In this document: piece after piece, positions 40,201-54,601 of the stretch
How the letters are laid out: each line of letters opens with the position of its first letter
Position numbering within the stretch: the stretch's first letter is position 1
NCBI RefSeq assembly: GCF_006345805.1
Contig: NC_042999.1
Span: 48,236,001-48,300,000 of the forward strand
Direction of reading: 5' to 3'
Source: Octopus sinensis
Taxonomy: Eukaryota
Length of the DNA stretch: 64,000 nucleotides
The notes under the pieces: generated by a model
What the model saw: the letters and a program-made list of their open reading frames with translations, nothing else
Told to the model about the DNA's origin: nothing
Databases searched by the model: none
Program-made: the position numbers and the translations under genes

Positions 40201-41920
40201 TGAAAAAATAAAAACTGCCACGCCCAGGACCACATCCTCGATTCTGGTCTTTGTCTTCGAAGCCAGAAAATATTTTTCATTCAAGATTTACTGAGACTGT
40301 GAGACCTGCAAATGTGTAATGGACGCACATTTTCCTGCAACCTTGAGTACATACTGATGTGTGCCACTCAACAGACTAGAAAGATATACTCGTATATGCC
40401 CTTTTTCAGTTTTCCTTCCTTCGCTTGAATAGTGACCTCTGTTTCTCTCAGCTAGTTGGTCTCATAACTTTTCCACTTGTGTACCTTCCACCAGTTCGAG
40501 ACTACACGTCCCATCAGCCCAATCATAATGAGCGCACTCTGTCCTTCTTAGAACATCGGTTCTTCTAGAATCTTCTCTGTCCTCACCTAGTTCTTGTAGT
40601 GACCAGTAGCAACAAGTTGAAAGAAAAATTACTGATATCATACTCCCCTGTCCCGGAAAATCAACAAAAGATTTGTACAATGCCATTTACTTTAGATTCA
40701 ACGACCAAAATAATCCAAACATATTAATTGTGGAATGTTTTGGCCCGCATATGTAGGTTCAGATGGCCTTCCTTGTAGTTGAATTTGTTTGTTGCATGCT
40801 AACCTTTTGTGTAATTCTTGTAAAGTAAATCAATATTTTCATATAGACTTAGTAGTAGGATTTTCTCAAATCAGAATAATCACACGGATAATAAAAGGAA
40901 TAACGGTATCGCCGACGGTACCTACACACGCAGAGAAAAATAAGCACAACACACGCGATATGAATCGTAGATATGCTGTGTATTGTCAAAGAAATTTAAG
41001 ATACAAAGATTAAATGTTCCTCAAACGAAAGCTGTGTTTAGAGCAGCTCTAGTTTATAATTAAGAATCGCTTCCTTATTTTCATGCACATCTACATGAGC
41101 CCGTGTTTGAATTCATCGTTTCCCGTACTGCTTTTTTTCTTTACCTTATAGATGAGGGCATGTAGCATACCTTCTTAGCAGAGGTATAGATTTAAGTCAC
41201 TGTGGAGTCGACTATAAGCGAGGTTGTACTGAATAACATTATGTCAGAAGTAACACACTGCAACACATTATATGCTAGTGTGTGAGTGTGTGTGTGACTC
41301 TGTGTGTGTATGTGTGCGTGTGTGTATGTGTGTGTGTGTGGTGTGTGTGTGTATGCTCGTGTTATTCATAGTTATGTTTGTCTCTGCGTGTGGCATTCTA
41401 TATATGAGTGCTATTTGCAGTCGCAAAACATCTTAAGCTCATAAATCTTAAAAAATCTGACGATCTATTGACAAATCAGAAACTCGGTTTATATGATGCT
41501 ACTTTGAAGCATATCTGCTAAAAACATAGAACCCCGCCCGGACATAAAACATCAAAGTTGAGCTATGTACTACTATAAGAAACATATATTTATATCCCAA
41601 TGTATCCATACTTAAATATTGTTTTTTATTCTATAAGGCGACATTTCTTAATTTTGTAGTGTTGTATTCCACTATTTAAACCAAGTAACTTTACAGTGTT
41701 CTCTCTAAATCATTTAAAATGACATACCACAAAATTATGATTATACAAAATTTCCTAAAATTGCTGGAATTTGTAATGTGATGATTGCGTCAGATATTAT
41801 GAAATTAACATTTTTCACATTTTTCTCAAACTTTGTAACATCGTTCGAATATTTCAAAATGTTAGTAACTGCGGTAAAATGATATTCAGCTAAATTACAC
41901 AATTCTATTTATTTATTTTA

Positions 41921-42226
41921 TGCGCCCTTATCAAGCCTAGCCTGGCTCATGGGCCCGGTTTCCCGCTTTCTATGGCGTATGTGTCCCCCACACCCAGCTG
42001 GACGTGACGCCAGTCCATCGCAGCGTTAGTCAAGAAACAGAAAGAAAGATGGAGAGAACTTTAGGGTGAAATAGTATAATAGCGGTCGCGACCACCCCCC
42101 GCCGGAGCCCCGTGCAGCTTTATGTCTTTTCGCTCAATAAACACACACAACGCTCGTTCTGCGAATCGAAACCGCGATCCTACAATCGCGAGTCCGCTGC
42201 CCTAACCACTGGGTCATTGCGCCTCC
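41921..42226 (-). mobile_element. tRNA-derived SINE-like repeat, family D
   Basis: Minus-strand head GGAGGCGCAATGACCCAGTGGTTAGGGCAGCGGACTCGCG...GGTTTCGATTC; AT-rich tail at 41906-41920. Confidence 0.85.
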
Positions 42227-43269
42227 TCAAATTACACCATAGTAATGCAATTTAGAATGTCTCTTTGTTTAACGAAGGCGTATAATTTACGATCAAATGT
42301 TGTAGATGATGCTGATAGCAGAAATTATATCTGACATTTAATTATGTGCTTCAAAATCTTCGGTAGATGTCTAATTTATCCAATCCTTCCTTTCGTTTTC
42401 TAACTGTTCGTCAACAAGGAAAATTAGCCAGGCACATTCTTGAATCTTCGAAGATATCTTGAAACCGTTTAGAGATAACCTTATGTGACTGCTCTGAACG
42501 GTAACAGATCACCAGAAAGTAAGCATCAAGGACTTCTGTCTTGCTCCCCGTATAGAAATGTCCGGTAATTGGTCAAATTCTTCACTTTCCAAATTACATT
42601 TCAAGACATTATACAAATATATAAATCACAGTTTCCGCTTTCATAAAATTTTGCCTGCTCTGTTTATTTAAAACACGTGTAAAATTTATATATTGTGTCA
42701 CTCAAATTACTTAGGATTTTTGAATTTTTTTCTAAAAGTCAGACTGGTGCATTTTGACAACTCTTATTCCATTTTAAATGTGGAAAAATTATGCGATAAA
42801 TTTCTGATTGTTTTTACACGCACAATATTTAGTTTAATTTCTCACTCTCATATTTATTTCTGATTTTCTTAATCGGTTCAAGATATATTGCATTGCAAGC
42901 AGTTATAGCCATTTTTCTTCATTATTTTACTACAAAACATTTTTGAGGCATTTCGCAATGTATTAGTACGACACCAGGTAAACATTTTTCAGTATCCGGC
43001 TGTTTGAAAAAATGTTGCTTTAAAACTAGAGAAATGTTATTTCCCCAAGCACGACATTTTATTCCACGTCGCATCGATATCGATTCCACACTCATTTTTG
43101 AAATGTTAGATGGTGTTCATAGATTCCTTGAAGATGAATAATATCACTTCTTAAATATCTGGACACCTTACCTGTAATATTTTGTCATATTATTAACTAT
43201 CAAAATTAGTTTATTATAGGCAAAGGCGGTGCTCCAGCATGAGCGCAGTCAAATGACTGAAAAACGTAA

Positions 43270-43410
43270 AAGCATGGCTGTGTGACAAGAAACGTGCTTC
43301 CTAACCACATGCTTCTTGGTTCAGCCTCATGTTCGGCAAGCGTTTCCTTCTATATCTTCGGGCCGACCATAGTCTTCTGAGTAGACGGCAACTGAAAGAA
43401 GTCCGTCATA

Positions 43411-43465
<55 letters not shown>

Positions 43466-43770
43466 TTTTTTTTCTACTCAAGGCACAAGGCCTAAAACTT
43501 AAGGAGAGGGGACCAGTCGATTAGATCGACACCAGTACGCAATTGGCACTTGCTTCGTCGTCCCGGAAAGGATGAAAGGCAACGTCGACCTCGGTGGAAT
43601 TTGAACTCAGAACGTAAAGACAGAAAGAATACCTAGGGGGCTAAGAATACAAGGGGCTAAACAGAGAGAGGACAAACAAGGACAGACAAACGGATTAAGC
43701 CTATCACATCGACCCCAGTGCCTACTGCCCCGAAAGGATGAAAGGCAAAGTCGACCTCAGACGAAATATG
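43270..43770. mobile_element. Cluster of SINE fragments: family A (+, 43270-43410) and family C (-, about 43464-43770)
   Basis: Homology to 55123-55290 and 19585-19951. Confidence 0.75.
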
Positions 43771-44046
43771 TGTAACCAGGCTTCAATAATTCAAAGTCCG
43801 ATGTGTGTGTATGTGTATGTGTGTGTGTGTGTGTGTTTCTTTATTTTTTAATATGTTGTTTATTCCGGTTGTTCGACTGCAGCCATGGTGGTTCTCTGCC
43901 GTAAAGGGTTTTAGTCCAACGAATGGACCCCATGGCTTATTGTTTAAAGCTAGTACTTACTACTAGGTTACCTGGAAGTAGGCAAACGAACGCCAGTTTT
44001 GAAGCGCTGATAGGGGGACAAACACATACACAAAGATACACACACA

Positions 44047-44090
<44 letters not shown>

Positions 44091-44806
44091 CACAAATTCA
44101 CACACAAGTCTTTCGTCGGTTTGAAGCTCTAGTAGAAGACGCATGGGACTGAAACAGGAACCATGTTGTTAGAAAGCAAGCTTCTTACCACACAACCGTG
44201 CCTGCATGAAAATACACGTATATATGCGTGATGCATGTACGTATGTACGTATGTATGTATGCATGTATGTATGTATGTATGTATGTATGTATGTATGTAT
44301 GTATGTATGTATGTATGTAGAGGTAGGTAGGTAGGTAGGTAGGTAGGTTGGTGGGTAGATGTGTAGGTAGTTAGGTAGGAAGGTAGAAGTGAGGGAGGGT
44401 GGACATTTAAGTAGGAAGGGAGGTATGCATACATAAATTTATGTATTACAACTTATTTAGAATACATACAGAAAGGAAATAAATATACACTTTTATTTCT
44501 TTGAAAAATATTGCAACATTTATTACTGCATTCCTGGATAAGAACGAGTGTAGGAATCATTCGGTTTCTCTGGTATGGTAATGGGAAATTTTTACCCAAC
44601 AAATATTTGTCTATTTATTTTGCGGAACAATAGGATTTCTTCCATTTTTCATTATCTCGAGAGCCAAAGATTTAACATAGATTACCGCATATTAACGTAT
44701 TCTAAATTTAAGCGCTATGTATCGTAATGACGCGGTCTCTTTTTCTTTCTCTCTATCTCTTTTCTCTCTCTCTCCATATATATGTATATACATATATATA
44801 TATATA

Positions 44807-44870
<64 letters not shown>

Positions 44871-47800
44871 CATACATATATACATACATATATAGGAAAC
44901 ACATGCACACATGTGCACTCCAACAAACATGCCACCCATCGACATGCCCACACAACCACAGGTTTAAAGCACTGTCCTTTGTACTAGGATCAGTAGAGTT
45001 GTACTCGATCCAGTTAAAATTAAATCTAGTGAATGTAAATCCTGAATTCCTTCAATTTTACATATATACGTGCATGAATATATGTACGTGTATGTATGGA
45101 TGGATGTATGCATGTATGTATCTGCATGTATGGATGGATGTATGTATGTAGGTAGGTATGAATGCATGTATATATGCATGTTATCAGTGTCATAGTGTTA
45201 TGAAGCTATGACTGAATTTTTAATAGAGGTTATGCATATATATGATTTTTGCCAAACTGTGCAGTGATAGGTGTATGAATGAAAGACAAACACAATGCGT
45301 AACGAGACAGAAGGAAAGGAACGAGAGATGGAATGAGAATATTATAAAAATGAAAGAAACTGTGGAAAAGAACGGAAGCGTGTTATGTCGGAAATAAGAT
45401 AGCGTATGTAGGTGTTGGTCATAATAAGAACAGCAACAATAATAAGAGTGACAACAGAAACAACAACAGCAACAGCACCACTAAAAAAATAATAATAACA
45501 AAGAAAATGATAACTGTTTTTACATTTAGTCAATGACATCGACCCCTGTGTTTCATTGGTACATAATTTATCGAGCACGAAATGATGAAAGGCTGGAGGT
45601 AAAGATGGACTAAATGCCTCTAAGCATTTTGCCCGGCGCGAAAACGCTTCTAGGAGCTTAATGCCTTAATAACAACAACAGCAACAATAACAACAACAAC
45701 AACAATAACACTACTGGAGGTACAAGGCCTTAAATTTGTGGGGAGGGATCTAGTCGATTATATCGGCCGCAGCGTTTCACTTGCACTTAATCGTTGTCCT
45801 GAGTAATTTGATAATATTTTCATACTTACCAACCAGTACACAAATTTCTCAATAATCTGGGTGTTTAGGATCTAATTTCTATACGTCGGCATTCCGGTCG
45901 GAAAACACAGAATTTGACACAATTTGAATGAAAGTCACACTTGGAAAATGCGTCAGTCATGTAAGAAGCGTATTGATAAGGCTATTTTAGAAATGTATTA
46001 AAATGCGGAATTTCCAGATAATCTGATGTTCGGGGCCGAAATATCATGTTTGAGCTTTTCAAGCTAAAACACGAAATGGGCATCGATTGGGTGATAAATA
46101 AGATTGGAAAGTAGTTTAGGCTCCGTTCATATCCCAATTCTGAAAATATACTAAACGTGAAATTTCTTTGAAGATCTGGAGTTATGGGACCAAATTTACA
46201 TATTTGAACACAAAAACTGAGATAATTTGACTCAAATGATATTTTGTAGGTAGTTGTGGACTCATTAGAAATGTATTCATCAGACTATTATGAAAACCTA
46301 TAGGCTCTGGCCCTAGTCCAAATCTCATTAAATCTAGGACTCTAAACCTCCATTTTGAGATTTTGGCTAAAAAGTGAAAATTTGTTTTAAATGAACAAAA
46401 ATACGATTTACTATAAGGAGAACTAGCTGTAAAACACTAGAGCATCATGTCGTTAAACAAATATTCGTCTGATGTTACTGCAGAACTAGCCACATTTTTG
46501 TTCCTAAAGTAATGGAATGAGAGTCCATATCCATCCTATTTCCTGACAAAGATTGCACCTTAATTTTCTCGACTAGTACTAATGGATCAAAAACAGTTCA
46601 CATCCTTCTCAGAATATCAACGAAGTTTGACGTCAGGGAAGTTGTCCGTTTTGATTTTGTTCATTAATCTTAAACTTTTTTTTGCTATCATCTATTTAAT
46701 TTTTGAGTTCTGGAGGCTTTCACCATCGTGGAACTCAAGCAGTTCTCAGGAGTGACCTTGAACTTTATGCAACGTCTGGCTGCTACTTATGCAGGAGTCC
46801 ACGAAAATTTATGACAAGGAAAATGTAAAGAACTGAGCAAAGGTACAACTCTGCATCAACTTTTTCCTTGAAGAAGAGCCCTCGCAAGATCACAGTTAGA
46901 GATTGAGCACAGTATGGTCTTGCATACTTGTATTCTGCAACTATAAATATTGTGATGCGCCGATTCATTGACTTGTGAAGTAAAAATATCATTGCATTAT
47001 AATCAGATGTAATGTCACCATTGTAGGAACTGCCTTATGCCAAGTCTATGAGCATATATAATCTATCGCGTAACTCTTGCTTCTCATTTTATGGATGCGA
47101 TTGTTTTCGCATGTAGCTGACTCAGACAAATCCAATGCTCCATCTTTCAATTGTACTATTATCTTCTTGAACTGCTCAACAGATCTCAGCAAGGCGCAGA
47201 GAACTCACTGAGAAACCATAGAAAGAGCACGCACCAGACTTATTTGACAATAATTACAAGGATATAATTATACCATACTTATTTGTGTATAATTACATAG
47301 AGGATATTTTCATTAATTGATTTTCCATCACTTCAGTCTCTTAGTGAAGATGTGCAACATCGCATGAAGCACGTTTTTGTAACAACGTTGCCACAATCAC
47401 CATTCCCTTGTCGATAACAGCGATCACAAAATTGCAAAAAAAGAATGGGTGCTAATATAGCTTAATCGATAACCGTAATCTGTCACATTCAAAGTTTATG
47501 GCGTGAGGTCGTTGAGTAGATTTCTCTGTTTGTAGAGTCACCACATTCAAAGAGTAAGCATCAATCCACATTCAGAGCTGCCACTGTTAGAAAAGAGAGA
47601 GGAGAAATAGAAAGGGGTTATTCCTCTTTAAGATAGACCTACTCGTCTTCATCTACATGAAATTTTTGAGTGAGTCTCATGAAGTACTTTAGCATCCTAA
47701 GGTTAGCACACATGCGGGATCTTACAAGATGATAGGGAGAATTATACTGCATTGTTTGTGCGTCCCGATGATACATTTGTAATTTCACTCTTTGAACGTT

Positions 47801-48631
47801 GAATGTTGTAAAATCTCGTGGTCCATTGTCTTACACTTCTGTGTTAGGCTTCAGTTTTACATTTGTGCCATGTTTCAGAACAAAGTTTCCCTTGAGTGGG
47901 TTTTCTTAATATTGTTTTGTGCACCACTCTTCTGGTGACGAGCTTATGACCTTTTTACGTTTGTTGACTGGTTGTTGAGCACTGTCGCAGTAAAGATGTT
48001 TTTTGTCTTGTTTTTCACATATATATTTTAACTGGTGGCCCTTCCTCCTCGCAAGATGACTTCGGAGAGATCCCATTGACTTCGGAGTGATCCCATTCAG
48101 GTTGTATTGGAAGTGCTTTTTATTTTCTGCTTCAGAGAAAGCGACAGGAGGGAGAATAAAACAGGAGATAGTAAGAAAATTCCCTGCGTTGGGGAATTTA
48201 GCTCTGTTGTTAACAATGTATATGCTGTTTTAGAATGCGCTGTTATCACTTCAATTCTTTTTTCTTAATTAAAGCGAAAGCTTCAATTGTTTGTGATGTT
48301 GCTGCTGTTATTGCTTCTGTTGTCTTTTTTTCGTGCTGCTGCTCTTATTCCTCATTGCTGCTATTATTACTGATGTACACAGCTTTCTTTATCGGAACAG
48401 CTATATTTAGAGTAATGGAGGCTACTTTTCCGCTTGCATTTTCCTTACGCTAGAAATTACAAAAGTGGTTTTCAGTTCAACAAATGTAGAATCATGCTGT
48501 CTGACCTCAGCCACAAAAAGCAGTTCCATTCCAATCTGCTAATCGACAATTACAATGAAATGTTTCCTTTATAACACTTTGATCACGGGGAGAATCCCCA
48601 CTGTTGCCGCAGCGAAATCTTTTATTTTTAG

Positions 48632-48697
48632 GTTAAAGAGTGTGTCACTTCCCTTGAGGACAACACAGGGCAAGATGCACGAGATGTCGATTTACAA
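48632..48697 (+). CDS. Candidate internal coding exon of an unidentified host gene (VKECVTSLEDNTGQDARDVDLQ)
   Basis: Acceptor TCTTTTATTTTTAG|G, donor CAA|GTAAGT, 66 nt, open in phase 0. No homology recognised. Confidence 0.4.
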
Positions 48698-49729
48698 GTA
48701 AGTCATTTTATTTTAATATAGCATGTCATCCTTCTTGAATACGTCGTGTAAAGTATGAGTTCAATATCCTCTTTGTGAAGAGCGCAATTCTGTGGGAAAG
48801 CATTGGTTTTAGAAAATTTTTCTCGCACTTCTCACCTTTCTTTACCTCATCATATATTCTATCGCTATTTATGTAACTATCACGGCTTGTTCCAACGAAG
48901 TGTTGCTACTGATTCTGGGCTTTGGCTTTTTGACGACACACAATAATAAATGACTATTTCCCGAGCCGTTCTATAAAAAATCTGAGACTGGATGCAATTT
49001 GGACACCCTTAACATTGACTGTAAGAAGTTTTGTACCAACTATGCCGAACATGCTTCTTTTTGGTTTGGAGAAACGAGACGTGATTTCTTCATGTCGTCA
49101 CTATTTCAGTGGAAGATTGCTTACCTGTAAGACTACCTTAACCACGTACTTTATCATTATCGATTTGTTGTTCCAGCTGGAGCACTTGTTGCTGTTTTTG
49201 TCATCGTTGCTGTTCCTGCAATTGTTGTTGCTGTTTTTGATATTACTGCTGTTGTTATTTTCACTGATTTTATTGCCATTGTCCTAAGACTATTGCTGTT
49301 TACGTCGTTATTGTTGCCGTCCTCATTGCTAATGTTATTAGATTCGCCTGGTATTGATGGTAATCAATTTAGCTATGTTAGATTTAAAGGAAGTTGAATC
49401 GCCATTAGGCGTTGTCTCATTCAGAGGAATAACTGCCCTTCCTACCACTTCAAACAGTTTCGTGGGCGTAGGTTTATATGTTGCCATGATTTTAAACATT
49501 ACAATTTACGATATTGTAAAATGCTTGTTATAAAATAGTTGCCCCACTATTATCCCGTTTATTCGAAAATATTTAAATAAGTATTTTGCAAACATCCACA
49601 GCTATTTGGTTAGAGAGACAGAGGGGCCGACAGACAGAGGGAAAGAGAGCGTGTGTGTCAGAGAGAGACAGACAGATAGATAGATACATACATACATACG
49701 TACATACATGCATACATACATAGTTTAAT

Positions 49730-49885
<156 letters not shown>

Positions 49886-50699
49886 ATACAGACAGACAGA
49901 AGGCAACATTTCTTTTTGCAATTTCCATATTTCAACGGCTTTATCAAATATCGTCGGAAAGGAGAAGTTTTCCAGCTTTTTCTGTACGAGAACGGTTACA
50001 TTATCTTTCACTGTTATTCTCTATCCATTCCTTTCTTTCACCATATCTCTCTAAATCTCACTCATTTCCCGTCTCTCTATGATAGCAATCCCTCCTCTCT
50101 CTCTCACTCCCTGTTACGTCTTCCTGTTTGCCGCTTTGCCTCACACTTGAACTATATTTCCTCTGCTTTTTTCCATCCCCTCTCTCTCGTTTTGCCAATC
50201 ACTCCAACTATGCTTCTACTGCTAAACACCTTTTATTTCACTTTTTCTTTGTATCTCTCCCTTCAACCTTTTTACATCTTCCTCGGGAGTAAGTGTGACA
50301 CACACCACAGGTACGTACGTACAAAAACAAAATGTTAATATCATTGATACCAACAACAACAACAACAATAATAATGACAATAATGAAGATTTCAATTATT
50401 TGCCACAAGGGCGAAGGATGATGGAGACAATACAAAGACAGAGATAAAGTGTAGGGGTGTACATATGAAATTTTAAGAAAAGACATTTTTCTAAAGGTAA
50501 GTATACACAGTATACACTAAAATATAAAGGGCATATACATAGTATAAAAATGTTCTAAAAACGGTGGGGAGGATGACAGATATGTAACCCTCTTGATACA
50601 GAAATACCTCTATGGATAATAGAGGAACTCCACTGACCGTGATTTCCCTGATCCCAAAGAGGAAGTTCCCTCTACAATTCCTTTTCTCCAACTTATAGA

Positions 50700-51300
50700 T
50701 CTACACTGAGACAACTAACCTTCAACAATCTCACTCGAGGACAGCACTTCAGTCTCCACTCACAATTTCCTTTTCAAGTGAAACATGAAGAAGTCAATGA
50801 GGGCTCTACCAACGAGAAATGCATGTGTACTCCGCCTTTCAGCCTTGTCCAACAAACAACCTCTCTAACCAAAGCCACTAGGAAAAGAAAAGCTGCCTTA
50901 CCTGCCCGATTGAAGAAGGAAAACGGGAAAAGCATCAATACCTACTCGACTGACAGACGGATCCGTCCCACACGGGACAGTAGCTGCTCGATATATACCC
51001 ACAAGTTAGCAACGCCCGGACATTGAACGAGTGCGTGCAGAACCGCTTCGTTATACTGCGCGCACCTCACACCTTGGACAACACTTCCGTACGTGTAAAG
51101 ATTATCTCGAACTGGTAGCGCCACCTAGTTGCACTGCCAGGGCATGAACATCTGGAAATTATCCATAATAGCTCCCGACCGGAAAGGACACAGGAAGGTT
51201 CCAGCCAGTTTGTTTTCGCCGGCGCACAGAGTCTCCTCGATAACATCGTCGCACTTCTCCGCCACTAATCGTCCATAAATTTCTAAAGCGGGCCCATTTC
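50700..51300 (-). mobile_element. L1/Tx1-clade LINE ORF2 C-terminal (zf-RVT) remnant
   Basis: MDNFQ..PWQC.*VALPVRDNLY...VRCAQYNEAVLHALVQCP...EQLLSRVGRIRLSVE...GKAAFLFLVALVREVVCWTRLKG. Confidence 0.75.
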
Positions 51301-52969
51301 CCTACTGATAAAAGGCTGTGAGCGCCTGAAGATATTCAATGTGCCAGGCGCCCAATAAAAACTAAGTTGAAAGGAATTCAGTCCCGGGCTGTATAGAAAT
51401 ATGGGTACATGAGAACGTTGCTCTCGATAATATAGTGAACATTCAGATAACATCGTCAAAACGAGGACTAAGCTTACCAAGAAAGTGGAAAAAAGCATCT
51501 TCAGATGCCCGAAACGTCAGAGAACGAAGCAAAATGTATTTTTTACATCTTTATATTTTATATATTGCATTTGTGACTGAGAAACCTTGTACGTGAAACG
51601 AAAACATCGTACAGTGCAGAACAACATTTCTGAACGAATTGGTCAGATACCCAAACTATCAACACAGTGTAAACCAAACAGTAAGTACATCTGATACTTT
51701 TATCAGTATACGCACAATATACTGGTTACACACTGAACACAAGCACCAACAAAGACAAAAGTAGTTGACGTTGAGTTAAAGAAAAACACGAAACGAAACG
51801 AATCAAAATATAATCTGAAACGAAACAAAATACAAAACGAAACGAAAGAAAACGCAGAACAGGCGAAATGAACTTTTGAACTTTTAAAAGCCACACGAGA
51901 GAAGAACAACTGAAAAATTAAACAATTAGCTCAATAACATTTAAAACATATATACATAAATTAGCTTCACGAAGAAATAAATCCATTAAGAAATAGACGA
52001 AGACGAATTTGGAAATATGGATGCCTACGAGCGCAATACACACACGTGTGTGTGTACGTGTGTGTGTACGTATGTGTGTATGTGTGTGTGTGAGAGAGAG
52101 AGAGTAATCAGGTGGTATCATCAAAATTAAGATGCAATTTACCAGAGAATGGAAAACGGAAGATCAGTTATATGGTGCTTGGTGATGTTATCACGATAAA
52201 AACACAAGCGTTTCGTTACCTCAGTTTATGAGATGCGTGAGTTTAGATAGAAACTCTACTGATGACAACGGAAATCCGGTAGAATCTTTACAGGAAAACC
52301 TCCTACAGCTTACTTCAATTTTTTATTCTAAGACGGTATCAATACATAATTGAGTAATGAAGAGGAAATAAACAAGTGAAAACACCGAGGGATATTTTGC
52401 ATTACTACTTCAAAAGTGAACCCAAAGTAAGAGTGAGGAGGAAACGTATGTTAGAACTTTCGTTCAATAGATTTTTCACGTAACAGATCTCCACAACCTC
52501 TGACCGACCCACAAGTGTCTGATGAGCGGTCGCTTAAAACTCCGAGTAAGATTTTTATCACCCTTAATAAAATAAGGCGTGTATGTGTATATACATGTAT
52601 AGATACACACATACATGTATATATATCCTAATCTTCAATCAGTATACGATGTTCTAGACATATATGTTGCTATGAATTTGTATCAATCAGTTTTAAAAGT
52701 GGAAATGGGAAAATACGTTTTATAAAAAAACAGTTAAGCAAAATATGAAATAAGAACGAAACGTTGTTTTCTGAGGTTGCAATTTTAACTCACCAGAACA
52801 TGTGAAAATGAAATTTGATCCTGTTGATTTCACTAATTCTTCGTAATATATGGGCCTAGGAGCAATAAAGGAAAAGACACAGTGAGATGTACCTGTTATA
52901 ACAGAAACAGGAGCGTTTATTCACAAATTAACGTACTTAAGAGTTTATAATGTCTCGGAATGTGCGTAT

Positions 52970-53640
52970 TAGAGGCGAATATATATAAATATTATAATCG
53001 GTAAACTACATCCTTTGAGGATTTAACATCATCGCCTTCGAAATAGTCACCCTGCGCAGCAATATGCTGGTCTCTCGTTGTACATAAGTGAGCCGATGAC
53101 GTTCTACGATTCGCTCTGGATCTCGGCAACGATGTTAAAACGGCGACGATTTAGCTGCACTGTCATTTTGGTGAAGGGATGAAAGTTTGTAGGTGCTCAA
53201 TCTGGCGAGTGGAGAGAGTGCTGAAGCGATATCATGTTGTTTTAGTGAGGAGACTTCAGTGACCTCAGGGCGTACATTTTCATTGTGAAGAATGCAATTA
53301 TTTACGCTACATATATCCGGGCATTTTCGCCGAATGTCGTCCATCAAACGCTTCAATACGTTGTTGACTGTCCTCCAATGATCCGCATACACAAGCTGAT
53401 AAAATTCTCAACTTTCTGAGGTGATGCTCGTGGCGGATCTCCCAGATCACTCATCGCTTTTCAGGGACAGTCTTCCGTTATCGAAGCACCCATGTCATTC
53501 GAAATCTTGCCTATGACCAATTACCTCGTCACTGTAACTTTGCCGAATCATACTCAATGACTCTGTTGCAGACTTTATGTTTAACGCAAAATTTCACGTT
53601 AGATCTTTGTCCTAACTTCCTGACCCTGACAAAAGTCACG
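52970..53640 (-). mobile_element. Internally deleted, decayed mariner transposase
   Basis: N-terminal KSATESLSMIRQ...GRLSLKSDE*SGRSATSIT joined to C-terminal VLKRLMDDIRRK...ILHNEN... and IAAQGDYFEGD. Confidence 0.75.
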
Positions 53641-54034
53641 AAAAATAAGACCGAATGCAAGTGCACCGTCAAAATTAATTATTGATTTGGAAGGCCCAGA
53701 AACTGACAACGAACGAATAGCGCAAAGATTTTGAGGCGTTGCAGCCACGAAAACACATCAAGTCAGTGAGACCTGTTGTGAGAATTGTGGCCTTGCTTGG
53801 AAAAGTTGAACAGAAGCCAAAAACAAGCACTCGTTTCAATCTCTTCAAAACTTTACCCTTCGTATAGCACCATCAACTAACAGATCCATATGATATGCCT
53901 GGGGAAAAGACGGTGTGGAGCTGTTGCGATGATCAGGCTCAGTAGCGTGTGAACACTTGCAAACGACTGCTGGCAAATCCATGACATGCTCGTTTTTGGC
54001 CCACAAGTTTCCCTGGGGATGGAAAATGAATCTA

Positions 54035-54601
54035 TGGTGTTGTCCGGAAAGTTCATGCCGATTTATAGTAGTTTAACTTTCGACTTATTTCAGAACATGG
54101 TTAAGTCCATAAAATAGGATTTGACTACACCTCCATTTAGAGCACAGTGTAAAATTTCTTTTCGTGGAAGAAGGTTTATGTTCCAATAACAAGTGTTAAT
54201 TCTGTAATCCTTTAAAATTGAAGATAAGAAAGTTCATTTTCGGCGCTTGATGCTTTGGGAACTAGACAAAAATTGCTGCAGCTCGGCTGGGATTTGTTAC
54301 CCCACCCTCCATATTCACCAGATGCTGCTCCTTCGGATTTCCACTTATTCATGTCTCTGCAGAATAGTCTTAATAGTACAAATTTCAATTCCTTGAATGA
54401 CGTAAAAAGATACCTTGATGAATTATTTGCGATGAAACCACTCCAATTCTGGGAAGAGGGTATTTTCAAGTTAAAAGGAAGATGGAGACGCAGTGTGTAA
54501 CAAAATGGTTCATATTTGGTTGATTAAAAATGTAATGTCAAGTATTTATTGACCCTTTTACCTTCTTTTAAATATCGGCACGAACTTTCCGGACAACCCA
54601 A
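54035..54601 (+). mobile_element. Non-autonomous mariner derivative with both TIRs
   Basis: Left TIR GTTGTCCGGAAAGTTCATGCCGAT and right TIR ATCGGCACGAACTTTCCGGACAAC (1 mismatch); TA at 54033-54034; internal peptide TRQKLLQLGWDLLPHPPYSPDAAPSDFHLF (YSPDL-type motif). Confidence 0.92.

Noticed and set aside
41457-41490. CTGACGA...GAAACTCGGT hammerhead-like motif
   Set aside because: Stem II and stem I do not pair adequately.
51495-51522. GCATC-TTCA-GATGC-CC-GAAACGTC half-hammerhead
   Set aside because: The CUGANGA core is missing upstream on this strand.
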